Below are positions 63,911 through 64,000 of a DNA stretch of 64,000 bases, one piece after another (within the stretch, counting starts at the first letter, position 1; each line of letters begins with the position of its first letter). This stretch comes from a virus (taxonomy: Duplodnaviria > Caudoviricetes). A program made the translations under genes and the position numbers. The notes beneath the pieces were generated by a model that ran no database searches, had not been told where the DNA came from, and saw nothing but the letters and a program-made list of their open reading frames with translations. The stretch covers positions 21,261-85,260 of IMG/VR virus record IMGVR_UViG_3300005077_000026. One strand, given 5' to 3'.

Positions 63911-64000
63911 ATCTGATAGCTGGTCCTGCCCATGATCTTTAGATTGTGGGCAGAGGGGAACTATCAGGTTCCATAACCCAACAACAGGAGGTATGAGAAA

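Larger units (their letters stand above)
59243..64000 (+). promoter_or_regulatory. repeated translation-initiation cassette: hairpin, A/C-rich spacer, GGAGGTATGAGAAA
   Basis: Exact 14-mer at 59243, 59762, 60129, 61037, 61653, 62752, 63401 and 63987; 11-nt variant at 58461. Confidence 0.9.

Overview
A 64-kb piece of a large tailed dsDNA phage, most likely a siphovirus (tail tube and tape measure, no sheath). No integrase, repressor, tRNA or CRISPR array was recognised. There are three blocks. (1) 1-17961, + strand: DNA modification, replication and recombination genes, namely a DpdA/TGT-like transglycosylase, sliding clamp, UDG-PolA fusion, clamp loader, UvsY/gp32/RecA-like proteins, RuvC, and a split SbcC with SbcD. 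(2) 18126-55126, - strand: terminase, portal, head, neck, tail and fibre genes, followed by a promoter-led cluster of 5 glycosyltransferases, 3 methyltransferases and an acetyltransferase interleaved with lysis genes. (3) About 55.2-64 kb: a control region and + strand early-type genes. Two systems stand out. First, a probable phage-encoded virion O-glycosylation system: Thr/Ser tags end the major capsid, tail tube and head-closure proteins, and mucin-like Thr/Ser tracts of about 135-300 residues lie in two fibre proteins. Second, an RNA-level control module: a GG/CC-depleted, highly self-complementary 1.5-kb segment whose only CC dinucleotides form a hairpin-loop sequence complementary (14/16) to the GGAGGTATGAGAAATG initiation motif repeated before eight downstream genes. 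All protein assignments are from motif recognition by eye; no database search or folding program was run.
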